NCBI RefSeq assembly: GCF_023055435.1
Contig: NW_025964024.1
Coordinates: 2,108,001-2,172,000, forward strand
Reading direction: 5' to 3'
Source of the DNA: Haliotis rufescens
Taxonomy: Eukaryota
DNA length: 64,000 nucleotides
Under the pieces are notes generated by a model. The model was not told the origin of the DNA and searched no databases. It was given only the letters and a program-made list of their open reading frames with translations. Both the position numbers and the translations under genes were made by a program. Of this stretch, positions 38,118 through 50,000 are shown piece by piece (the stretch's first letter is position 1; every line of letters starts with the position of its first letter).

Positions 38118-38256
38118 TTAGTTCTCCCACTTCTAAATGCCAATCAAAGAAATTATGATATGCTGCAGTGTATGAGGTGCCCATTCACCTCCCCTGAATC
38201 CCGAATACCGTCTACTTTTTTCACTTTGTCTCATTTGCTCACCTCTGAATCATGAA

Positions 38257-38610
38257 GACCGCCTCCGTGGTCTTGTGGTAGAGCGTCCGCCCGGAGAGCG
38301 GAAGGTCCAGGGTTCGATCCCGGGCCACGTCATACAAAAAGACGTTAAAAGATTGTACTTGTTGTTACCCTGTCTGGCGCTCGGCATTAAGGGGCTAAAA
38401 CAAGGACTGGTCGGCTCGGAGTCAGTATACTGTGTCTGAGTGGGGTATTCATGTTAAACTGCGGCATGGTATCTCAGTGAGCTAGCACTATAAATCGGCA
38501 TCAGTCCGGACTAGTACAAGCAGCCACACACACACATACACGTGCATGCACGTCGCTATATAAGTGCAATAATCTTGGACGCGAGGTTAAACCCACTTTC
38601 ACCTCACCTC
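38257..38610 (+). mobile_element. SINE family D, full length
   Basis: TSD cacctctgaatcatgaa. Confidence 0.92.
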
Positions 38611-39036
38611 TGAATCATGAAAACTACTTAACACAAATTTAAAAAGCATACGTGTGTAAAAGCATTCACTCTACAAAGGCAGAACGAAAACGTACAGAAC
38701 ACATTCCTAGGTAATAAAATGGTGCAATTTGAAGCTACGTTACTTGAAAAATAACATTAGTTTTTGCGTACCAAATACAATTGTTTTGCCTTTACTCCCT
38801 ATAAATAACCTGTATCACGCCTTCACGAGAATGGGGTTGACAGCCTTGTTGCAGTCTGTATTAACACTGGCTTGTATACTGGAAATATCAGTTGCTTAAA
38901 AGTACATATGTTCCACCTGCAATATATGTGATGAAGATTAAATATTCATAAATGGTAGATATGTGCACTACAATGAGCACCCGTGAAGAAACAACAAACA
39001 AACAACAACCAATGTTGAATGTGTTTCTAAGTACCA

Positions 39037-39272
39037 TAGAATAGGTCTTCAGCAACCCATGCTTACCGTAAAAGGCGACTACGCTTGTCGTAAGAGATGA
39101 CTAACGGGATCGGGTGGTCAGGCTCGCTGACTTGGTTGATGCATGTCATCGTATCCCAATTCCGTGGATCGATGCGCATGTCCATCACTGTATTGTAGAC
39201 TCGGTTATTTACAGATCGCCGAGAAATTTTGTGAGTGCGGCGTTAAAAACAACAAACAAACAAACAAACAAA
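39037..39272 (+). mobile_element. Family C element
   Basis: Forward copy, slightly 5'-truncated. Confidence 0.82.
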
Positions 39273-39334
39273 CGCTACAATGAGACGAACGATTGCCAGT
39301 ATATAGATACAGCTATTTCATTTCGTTTCAACAG

Positions 39335-39832
39335 AGACCGCATCTGTGTTTTGTTGGATACAGCGTTTCCCCGGAGAGTGAGTGAGTGAGTGAGTGAATA
39401 TGGTTTTACGCCGCTTTTAGCAATATTCCAGCAATATCACGGCGGGGGACACCAGAAATGGGCTTCACACATTGTACCCATGTCGGGAATCGAACCCGGG
39501 TCTTCGGCGTGACGAGCGAACGCTTTAACCACAAGGCTACCCGACCGCCCTCCCCGGAGAGCGAAGGTTCAGGATTTGATCCTCTGTCACATCAAACCAA
39601 AATATGTTAAAAGGTGGTACTTGTTGCTACGGCGCTTGGCATAAAACTAGGACTGTTTGGCTCGGAGTCAGTATACTGTCTTAGTAGGGTGTCCATGTTA
39701 AACTGCAGCATGGTGTCTCAGAGGGCTATAAAACCGGCATTGGTCCGGGACAGTACAAGCAGCCATACACAAACACACATACAAACACACACATATCGCC
39801 ATAGAAACGACGTAAACCCCATCTCACCTCAC
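39335..39832 (+). mobile_element. SINE family D (diverged, interrupted by family B)
   Basis: Head at 39335-39378, body resumes at 39551. Confidence 0.8.
39377..39550 (-). mobile_element. SINE family B nested in the head of a family D SINE
   Basis: TSD tccccggagag at 39368 and 39551. Confidence 0.9.
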
Positions 39833-40629
39833 CGTTTCCACAGAAGTTCTAAATTCTCACTGTCCTGCATAGAAATGATTTGAAAATATAAATACAAAAA
39901 ACAGGGCGTTGGTCTGTGTACTTATGAGAAAGCTAAAACAATTTTATAAAATCTTTATAACGAGTCCAAAAACAAACCATCTATTATTCAATTGACGACA
40001 TGTCGTAGATGTGTTGAAATCTAGGTGCGTTACCTAAGGCGATGAGACGTGATAAAGCGCAAACACTGACGACACACCTCATAATCTGTATCAATGATTG
40101 ATTGACCTCAGAATCTGTAACAAAAGCACGTATGTCAATAATACTTCGATTAAAATTCAGAAACACCCAACAGTTGTTGACGCCATAGCCTGCACAACTG
40201 ATGTCATCTATTTTTCTGGTATGTTTTTGCGCAACGTCACTTTGGTTAGTCACGAAGATAAGGGTCTACAGATAGGATCAGTCAGGTTGGGTTTATTAAG
40301 TTTCGTGGGAGATAAAGCGACCTTTCCTCAACTGCCGACCTCCGTGCACGGGTTCAAGAATTGCTTTGGGCCGCGTGTCACTTGAGTTTCATGCGCGCCA
40401 CTATCTCAGCGGCGATCACTTCCCTGTTCGACTGCTTGCTGTAGGGGACCGGCCAGGGCGATCAGCTGATGAACAATCATATTATTGAAAATAGTCACTA
40501 TATGAATACGGAAACGCTCTTCCGTTCGCTAATGTGTCAGGGATAAAAAGTCAGACTAGTGTACACAGTTAGAAGGGTCAGCCCGTAGTACACGCAATGG
40601 TCACTCAGGCCACGCATGCATTGAACCCA

Positions 40630-40887
40630 TGTTTGTTTGTTTGTTGTTTAACGCCGCAATATTCCAGCTATATGACGGCGGTCTGTAAATAATCGAGTCT
40701 GGACCAGACAATCTAGTGATTGACATCATGAGCATCGATCCACGCAATTGGGGTCGATGACAAGCATCAACAAGTCAGCGAGCCTGACCACCCGATCCCG
40801 TTAGTAGCCTGTTACGACAAGTATAGTCGTTTTTTACAGCAAGCATGGGTTGCTGAGGATCTATTCTACTCCGGATCTTCACGGGTC
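40630..40887 (-). mobile_element. Family C element, full length with TSD
   Basis: TSD tgaacccatgt at 40622 and 40888 fixes the 5' end as GACCCGTGAAG. Confidence 0.9.
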
Positions 40888-41162
40888 TGAACCCATGTAA
40901 AGAAAAAGAAGATCGTGATGGGTACACTACCTCTTTCTGAATAACATTTGTATTTTTGTCATGAACTTATATTCGGCGAAAATGTAGATCTTGGTAATAA
41001 GTTCAAATTTCAATTTCGCTGTGACCCAGTATTATTAGTTCACCAAATACATTCATTGGCCAGAAAATCAAATCACTGCGATTTTGACTGAAATATTTTG
41101 AAACAAATATGCTTTTTAACAAACCACAGCTTCAAAACTGTAGCCATGTACAACTCCGAAAG

Positions 41163-41374
41163 ACGGCTATGCTTGTCGTAAGAGGCGACTAACGGGATCA
41201 GGTGGTCAGGCTCGCTGACTTGGTCGATGCATGTCATCGTATCCCAATTGCGTGGATCGATGCACATGATGTCAATCACTGGGTTGTGTGGTCCAGACTC
41301 GATTATTTACAGGCCGCCGTCACACAGCTGGAATATTGCTGGGTGTGGCGTTAAACAACAAACAAACAAACAAA
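41163..41374 (+). mobile_element. Family C element, 5'-truncated
   Basis: Forward copy. Confidence 0.85.
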
Positions 41375-42419
41375 CTTTCCGACATCCACAGCTCGCTTAT
41401 ACATACGTAGCTACATCAGGCCGTCATAAAATTCTACTAAAGTCCGATGTTGATATCGCACCTGACTTAACAAAATCCGTCAAAGTGCTGTTCCAAAACC
41501 ATAGATCTCGCAGCTATAAGAACATAGTATTTTACCATATATGGCTTATGTTTTCGGGATAAAATAAGTGCTTACGTTAAACAAGACAATCTAAAAGTAA
41601 TATTCCATGAATAGAAATGATTACAGTCGCCCTGGTATGTAGAATCGGTGACGTATCACAGATGGATGTTAAATATGGCCTGACTATTGTCTCGCGCCGC
41701 TTGCAGACATTACTGAATTCTCCCGTTTGATCGGCTCATGACCTAATCATGACCTCAGAGATCACATCTGTTACCGGTACATCTGCTCCCTGTGTGCCAG
41801 TGACAAAGGCTCCAAAAATAACGCTGACTGAGCTGACGGCGACATGGCCGACAATACGCGTCTACATGTGCCCCTCTCGGCTACGTCACCCCAACTGTCA
41901 ACACCACTGTGTTTGATTCGCCGCACTTTTGTACATAGACAGGTCCAACGACAAACACCACGTGACATGGTGCAACTGCACACTGAGAAGCCAACCCCCT
42001 CCCCACTCGCGAAAACCCCCCTCCCCTCTCATGAGAACCCCCTTGCCCTTAACACCTGGATAGAACCTCATTGATTTTCACACCAAGTGCTATAGTCCTT
42101 CGGAGTCACAGCGTATGGTGCAACATTTTACACCCTGGTAAGACCACATGATGTTTGGGACTCAAGTCAGATGTTCTAAAAAAGCCTTTTCAAAGATTCC
42201 AATCGGTGGTTGTGTGCCAGGTGGCGATGCACGTGACTCTGTTAGCGGGCGTGAAGAAGGACCATGTCCATCCATAAACTTCAGGGCCTCAGTGCATGGC
42301 CTGCCTTCAGGTCATCATGACTTGTTTCAAGCTGACATGCCCTGTATTCATAGATCATACCTATATGGTTCACAGGCTCACCCAATTTTCAAGGAGGGGT
42401 GCACACAACCCAAGTCATG

Positions 42420-42522
42420 AGGGGTGGGTGGGCAGCCCAGTGGTGAAAGTGTTTGCTTGTCAGCCTAAGGCCTGGGTTCGATTCCCCATATGGGTACCAT
42501 GTGTAAAGCCCATTTCAGATGT
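42420..42522 (+). mobile_element. SINE family B, 3'-truncated
   Basis: Head plus gggtaccatgtgtaaagcccatttc. Confidence 0.7.
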
Positions 42523-42594
42523 ACCCATACTCAAAAGAAGTTATAGAATGCCGACTTTTTTCAAATGACTATTACAAATAAACTATATTCATAT

Positions 42595-42900
42595 GAGGTG
42601 AGGTGAAATGGGGTTTAACCTCGCGTCCAAGATTATTGCACTTATATAGGGATGTGCATGTACGTGTGTGTGTGGACTGATGCCGATTTATAGTGCTAGC
42701 CCACTGAGATACCATGCCGCAGTTTAACATGAATACCCCACTCAGACACAGTATACTGACTCCGAGCCGACCAGTCCTTGTTTTAGCCCCTTAATGCTGA
42801 GTGCCAGACAGGGTAACAACAAATACCACCTTTTAACGTCTTTTGGTATGACGCGGCCGGGGATCGAACCCCGGACCTTCCGCTCTCCAGGGGGACGCTC
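42595..42900 (-). mobile_element. SINE family D
   Basis: Reverse, near-full copy. Confidence 0.88.
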
Positions 42901-42983
42901 TATATATATATATTCATATGAAAAAGAGTGGGACTTTCTTTAACTTTTCTTTTGAGTGGGATATTCCCACACCTGTCAATAAG

Positions 42984-43237
42984 ATCCATGACAGAACAGG
43001 TCTTCAGCAACCCATCTTGCTGTAACAGGTGACTACGCTTGTTGTAAAAGGTGACTAAGAGGATCGGATGGTCAGACTCGCTGACTTTGTTGATGCATGT
43101 CATCATATTCCAATTGAGTCGATCAATGTTCATGACGTCAGTCACTGATTTGTCTTGTCCAGACTCAATTATTTACAGACCACTGTCATATAGCTGGAAT
43201 ATTCCTGAGTGTGCTATTAAACAACAAACAAACAAAC
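42984..43237 (+). mobile_element. Family C element (diverged)
   Basis: Forward copy. Confidence 0.8.
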
Positions 43238-43299
43238 CTTTCAATGAATTGAACCAACAGTCATACTGGTAACTTATGTATACGAATAAAAAAACAAAG

Positions 43300-46200
43300 A
43301 TTTGTCTTGATTTGATTGATGTTTATTTTGAAGCAACATGTTATCACAACGTAGGAAAGGGCTAAAAACAATGCCTGTACAGAGTACGCCTTAGCTTGTA
43401 CTAACGAGTAGTACGAACACGTGTTACATAATACTGTATGTCAGTAAACAACCCAGTAATAAATAAAGTCAAAGTCAGTGGGAAAGAGTACTCAAATCAC
43501 CTATCCAAGGTCTAGGGCAATTCCACAAAGTGATGTTAGCGCCATGGTGACCGAAACTCCAATTCTCTCACACGTTTCTGCTAAAGAATAGGCGGTGCAA
43601 CAGTTGTCGGGCCAAGACTGATTCGTGAATGGCCCTGGCCAACCAGGAGTCCTGTTCATTTACACAGCTCACAACCTCTTGAAACCAGCAACCTGTGTAT
43701 AATGGACATCTTGTTTCAACACTACAGGAGGTTCATTGAGAGATTCAGGTTTCACATGGTTATCAGACCTTGATTGAATCCTGGTGCACTCACACCACAG
43801 CTTCGTGAGACCGACATCTCTGGGTATCTCATCCTTATAGATGTAAGCCATCACACTAGTAACAATGGATCCAACCTAGTACAGGACTATTGAATCTACA
43901 GGACTTCACTCTAGTATTGTTTGCATTTTCAAATAAATAACTAATGCGGTCTAATCCTTTTTATATCACAAAGTTTGATATTGTTCTACTTCAAAAATAA
44001 TCTATGACATTAACACTGAGGATGCTGAGATAACCATTTCTGGGGAATGACCACCTTGAACTGGGCATCTGGTACGCGAAACTGAAACCCTACCAGATAT
44101 TTTCAAGTCTTGTGGCACCACCTAACTACGGAACCCTCCCAAACATCTTACAGATGAGATAACTATGCACAGTGGTTGGTCTCAGCACACAAAGTCAAGC
44201 CTTGCTACTGTTTCCTGATCAGATTTCCTCATCAACCCTTGATTGTCTTGACCAATCAGGAAACGGTATCAAGCAGATAAATATTGAACAAACATACCAT
44301 AATAATTGCACCAATAGAAAACCTGACCTATTCTGACAATGAATACCTCCAATATATTACAACAGTAACGTAGGAATGGTTAATCTCGTTGTCAGATGGA
44401 TTGTAGGGTACTTTGCATGCTTAAATGACATGGCTATAGCACTAATGATAGAGAAGTAATCTCAGTGTAGCTTGCTAATGTTCGATGGCAAAAAAAACAT
44501 GGTGGGAACTATTTGAATTCATCATCTCGTGATGAAGCCTGGAGGGGCATGGTGGTGGTTGTTGTTGTTGTTGTTGTTGACTCTACTGATCAGTGGCACG
44601 AGACCAACATCAACATGTCTACACACATGGAATGATTGCAATGTGAGTAACATGCCCATATGGACACAAAATAAAACGGTGACTATCAACAAGCATCTGA
44701 TTACAACGGGCAGATTACATTTGTTGTATTAGTGAGGGTTACTTGGAGAGCAGATTAGTAATAGAGGGTTTGTGTCACATAGAATTCACCTGCCAAAAAC
44801 CAATTGGAAATTAAATTAAAATAAAATAAAAACAAAGTAACTTCTGCATGTAAATGAACCAGGAATCTGCTTTGTGATAAGGTGCATGGCACATGGATAG
44901 AACCCTTGCAAAGTGGTGTTTGTATCATATGTATCATGATACAATAGTGTACCTTGCATCCTAACACAAGTTACAGGCAAATGGTATATTGCATCCATGA
45001 CATGACTATGGAACAGACTGGTAGATCCAGGTACATCAAATCAAACATACATGTAATCAAGTTTAACAATCTGTACAACTTGTAGATGTTTTAACATTTT
45101 CATAGTAACAGTTTATAGAGAGTTCAAAAAATAGTTCTCTGCCCTCACAATACTATAGACAATTCACATTCTTGTACATTTGAGTTATCAGCATACAAGT
45201 CTTCACATCACCGTGGAAGTAAGAACAGGCATTGTAATAAAACTGTGTTGATATTACCGTAAAGAATGCCATTAAATAACACATGATTACCATAATTGTC
45301 AAAATCACTGGGATAATATGCAAATGCATTGGAAAAACATGTCAAGTGTATCAAACAAGTTGGAGTTAGTGATGATTTGTTTAGAAATCGAATAAAGAAT
45401 CTAAAGGTTTGGAGATAGGGAATATGTTTGTACTTGAACTGAGAAATCAGTGTTCATCATTGAAACCATTTTGAGGAATCTTGGAACAACCATTATCAGC
45501 AGGAATAAAAATTTCCAGTGATTTTGAACTTGATGGCAGTGTGGAACTATCTAGACTAATAACATCAGTGGTGTTAACTGTTGGTGCAGCAGTTGATGAA
45601 AAGAGTCCTAGATGGATAGAATCAACCTTTGTCCTGTAACCATGGTTACCAGAGTTTATGTTAAAGGTATCCTTTGTTTTTCAGGATGATTTCTGGGCAA
45701 GAAACCTTACGGGTTACATTCCATCCATGCTAGTAAAGTCACATAAGATCAGTTCACAAATCAGAAATTTGTACATGTATTGGTGTAGAAAAAGGATGCA
45801 AATCTACGTATCTAAATGAAACACTACCCCTAATACAACCACCTCACACACAGTCTGTGTTGGTCAAAGCCCCCTCCAAAGTAACCATGGAAACCTCATG
45901 GGCAACAGGACGATGAACAGCCCTTACTATGAATCAGATTCTACAAACATTGCAATCATATCTGATTGAAATGAATTCATTTCTGAAAGGCATTAAAGTA
46001 AATTTTCTCTTTGTTATAAGTCTGTCCAAAACATCTGTAAATTCTGTGATCCTAAGTGTTGTAATTTTGTAAAACCAATTCAATATAACGTTTTACAGAT
46101 GACTTGATGTCATTAGACAGCAGTAAAAAATAAACTAAAAACCTGGTCAGGGATGATTTTTAAAAAAACTCTTGAAAAGATTTAATTCAATTTTGATCAA

Positions 46201-47011
46201 AGAGCATATTGTAAAATTTTTTAAGTTTACCTGCACAATATTTAAATAAATTGGTTTGGCTTTATTATTTTGCGCCATGAATGACACTGACCTCTACAGG
46301 CTGTGTATGCCGATGAAGGTGAAGTAATAATAGGAACCCAGTTTCGTAGTAGTCTCACTGACTAGAACCCAATAATGCCAACATTAGAATATAGTATGCA
46401 CAGTCACTGTGGCAGCAGTCGGAATGCATGTGCATGCACTCACGTGCATGTCTGCAACTGAGCTGCTGCAGATCTTTGGATTTGCAAACATGTTCGTCAC
46501 AAGTGTCACTCATGAGTCGGAAGTACATAGTGTCACATACAACAGTCTAGGAGCACCACTCCATGAAAGACAAGATCGACCTTGACCACGGAATGGAGAA
46601 GGTGACAGGTATAAAATAACGTGTGGAGATCCCCGCTCTGGGGGCAAGCATTCAGTCACCCACTGACCCATACTCGCTCACTCACCAACTCACTCACCAA
46701 CTCGCTCACCAGTTCACTCGGCTCCACACGGACCTCCTGAAATGCAGGTTCATCATGGCAGCACATACTCAGATATACATACTACAGTAAAAAATATCAC
46801 AGATAGCCAGGGCAGGCCTTCCTTCACAAGGCTGCTCGCTCTAGCCAGGTGAATCCCACAGTAGGGTCCACAGGTAGGCCAACAGGCGTGGGCGGCAAGG
46901 AGGCAGACAGCACCTATGGCCATTAATGAACCACCGTTTTTTTCGCCAAGTTCACATCACCCAGCTTGGCTATCACAACACTTGCATCCTGCAACATTGG
47001 TATCCACGGTG
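43300..47011 (-). other. Probable long 3' UTR of sestrin
   Basis: About 3.7 kb free of the SINEs that saturate the flanks, ending at an AATAAA on the minus strand. Confidence 0.5.
43322..43327 (-). terminator. Candidate distal polyadenylation signal AATAAA
   Basis: tttatt on +; followed on - by a U-rich element (TCTTTGTTTTTTTATT). Another AATAAA lies at 46261-46266. Confidence 0.45.
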
Positions 47012-47098
47012 TCACGTCATGTGACGCATCACTGCACGAAGACTGTACAACAATTCCGCCTGCAACCTGGCCTCAAACAACATCAGATTAACATGCAC
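47012..47098 (-). CDS. SESN: Sestrin terminal coding exon ([28 protein letters not shown])
   Basis: Acceptor TTTCAG|GTG; TGA at 47014-47012; matches the conserved sestrin C-terminus. Confidence 0.96.
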   Translation of the reverse strand: MHVNLMLFEARLQAELLYSLRAVMRHMT

Positions 47099-50000
47099 CT
47101 GAAAGAAATGAAAAATGTTATAAGTACAGAAAACTAGGTTTATAACGAACACACTTATAACGAACTGACTGATATCACAAACATATTTTTTAGTCCCGGC
47201 CACTGCTGTATATATGCTGTACAGATGCTTATAACGAACTACAGTTATTACAAACTACAATTTGTGGTTCCTTTGAGTTCGTAATAACCATATAACCGTA
47301 TATTATATGTATTTATAACCTTAATAACAAAGCATAGAAAAAAAGTATTCTACTGGAGAGGAGAAATCGCTCATTTTGATACATTCATATTTCGTTGATG
47401 TTATTTTTAAATGCAGAGAAAAGTGAAAAAATGGCATTATCAATAATAATTATTAATTGATTGTTTACACGATACCAGAGATCAACAGTAGGTGTACAAG
47501 TGATGGTCCCTCAACATCGGACTAATTTAAATATCTCACCTTTTCTGAATGTTTGAACTCTCTCATCACGCCATCATAGTCCTTCTTCTTGAGTCGTTCT
47601 GGGTAGCATGTAACTGTTTTAATATAGGCCTTCAGGTTTCTCTCCAACAACTGGTTCACTTCCCCGTAGTTGTAGTCGTCATGACGGATGCCGTACATGC
47701 AGTGGATGTAGTTCCAGATTGTCCGCCGGAATGCCGTGGTGTCTACCGATGTGTTGTCACCCATTCTGTTACAAAACAGAATTATAAATACACGAGTTGT
47801 AAAAATGTATTACTTTCTAAGCATCGACCCCCAAAGCAAATAAAAATAACCTAAACATACAACTCAAACGTCCACATTCCCAAAATATCAAATATCTGAG
47901 CAGGTCTACTTAAATCCCTGAGAAGGGGAGCCCTTGTTAGCTTATTTCCTGGAATTTCTGACATCAACAAATTTAAATATTGTTGCTGAATTATAAACTC
48001 TATTATTTACAACTGAATGAGTAGAATAACATTACTCACGTGTAGTATGTGAGATTGTATGCCACATTGAACTTCTCATCAAGGAGGTTGCCCACATCGG
48101 TGTATAACCGGTTGGCCAATGAGAAGCCTTGATCTTCCCAGGAATAGTCCTGAGCTCGAAACGTTGGAATCTCGGATGCTGAGCCCCTCTTAGCGAAGTC
48201 CTCATACTGGAACGTTGTATCATCAACATAGCACAGGATGTCAGACTTCGGGGAAGGTGGCTGTGCGTTTGTTGTGACTGAAAGATACAACACAAATATG
48301 AGTGAAAAAGGAATAAATATTAGACAAACAATTCAAAGTGTTTCAGAACTATACATCACCCATTTGTGTAGGATTCCCAACAAAGTGCCATGGGCTGGCA
48401 AAATCATGACACTGCTTTTTTTTCATGTTCCTATTATCATGGATTCTGAGAAATCAGAATTTTTAAAATTCAAATTAGGAAGTTTTAGTGTGATTTGCTG
48501 CAGGCTTGGGTCTGACAATCGGCCTCTGAGCAGAGTTAGATAAATCCGTGAATAATTTTTATTCTTCAAAAGCTGTTACTCCAAAATTTAATGGAAAGTA
48601 TAATTAATTAGAATCTGTTTGTTTGTTGGTTAATGTTGCCTTCAGCAACATTACAGCTATGAATTGGCATCTAAAATTTAGAGAACTCAAAATCTCAACC
48701 CATATTTTATTCCCAATATCAGGTGTCTGTAGAGTCAGTCAATACTCACTCAATGCATTCTGAGACTCGACATGTTGGAAACGTTTCAATAGTTCGTCTT
48801 GCGTCATCTCCTCCTCTCTCGCCTCTGTCAGTGCTCGCATCTTCTCCATCAGCACCGACAAACCACCGCCCTCAAACTCAGAACACTGAAAGAAACACAT
48901 GAATTGTCACCTTCAACTCAACATGATAGTGTTCAATAACACTGGACACCAACAGGGTGCTATCAGTCTATTTGGTAATGGGAGTACTGACATATCATTG
49001 TCTGTTTGTTTGTTTGTTTGTTTGTTTGTGCTCAATCCCGCAAGTCAGCAATATTCCAGCCACATGATGGCAGCCTATAAATAGTCAAATCTGGATGAGA
49101 CAATCCAGTGATTGATATTATAACAACATTCTATGGGGGTGCAATGACAAGCAATCAACCAAGCCACTGAGCCAGATCACCCAATCAGTTAGCATGCTCG
49201 GGATCAATTCTAACCCAAAAACCCCACAAGGATGACCTATAGATGTGTCATCAGAACGTAAACAAAGTTAAGGATGTGTCACTTACATTTTCACCACTTG
49301 ACGAGCCGTCACTGGAGTAGTCCACCTCGCTAGCATCACTGACAGATGGGGGTCTGAATGTGTATCCTCCATCTTGATCCACTTCCTGGTTAATCCCACA
49401 ACCAAAGACGAAGCTTGACAGTGCATGAAACTGTGCCATGATTACCAGTGCATGTACGACCTCACTAACTGACCAGCTGTCCTTTCCACGGGTCAGTTTC
49501 TGAAAACAGGCATCAAAACTGAAGCATGTCCACCTTGGAAAACTGGTTTGTTTTTTGTTGTTTAACACTGCACTCATCAATATTCCAGCTGTAAATAATC
49601 GAGTCTGAACCAGAAAATCTAGTGATTGACATCATAAGCATCGATCCATGCAATTCGGACAGATGACATGCATCAATCAAGTCAGCGAGCCTGACCACCT
49701 GATCCTGTTAGTCGCCTCTTTAAGACAAGAATAGTCGTATTTTATGACAAGCATGGGTTGCTGAAGACCCATTCTACCTCAGATGTTCTCAGGTCGAAAA
49801 CTGGTACACAGATTAGGTTCAAGGTCAACCCTATTTTTTAAATGGTGAACATATCAGTAAACTGACCTCAATGTGATCTTTGGTAATCAGCCATGGCCTG
49901 TGAGCTAGTATCTTATTAATTTCGTTGAGATCTTTGAGCTTGCGAGGTATCCTCTCAAGGCCCTTGAGCCAGTCAGGGTCTCCTCCTTGTAGCAGGAACT

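Noticed and set aside
47549-47854. Plus-strand ORFs overlapping sestrin exons (also 48238-48543, 50531-50842)
   Set aside because: Antisense shadows of real coding exons.
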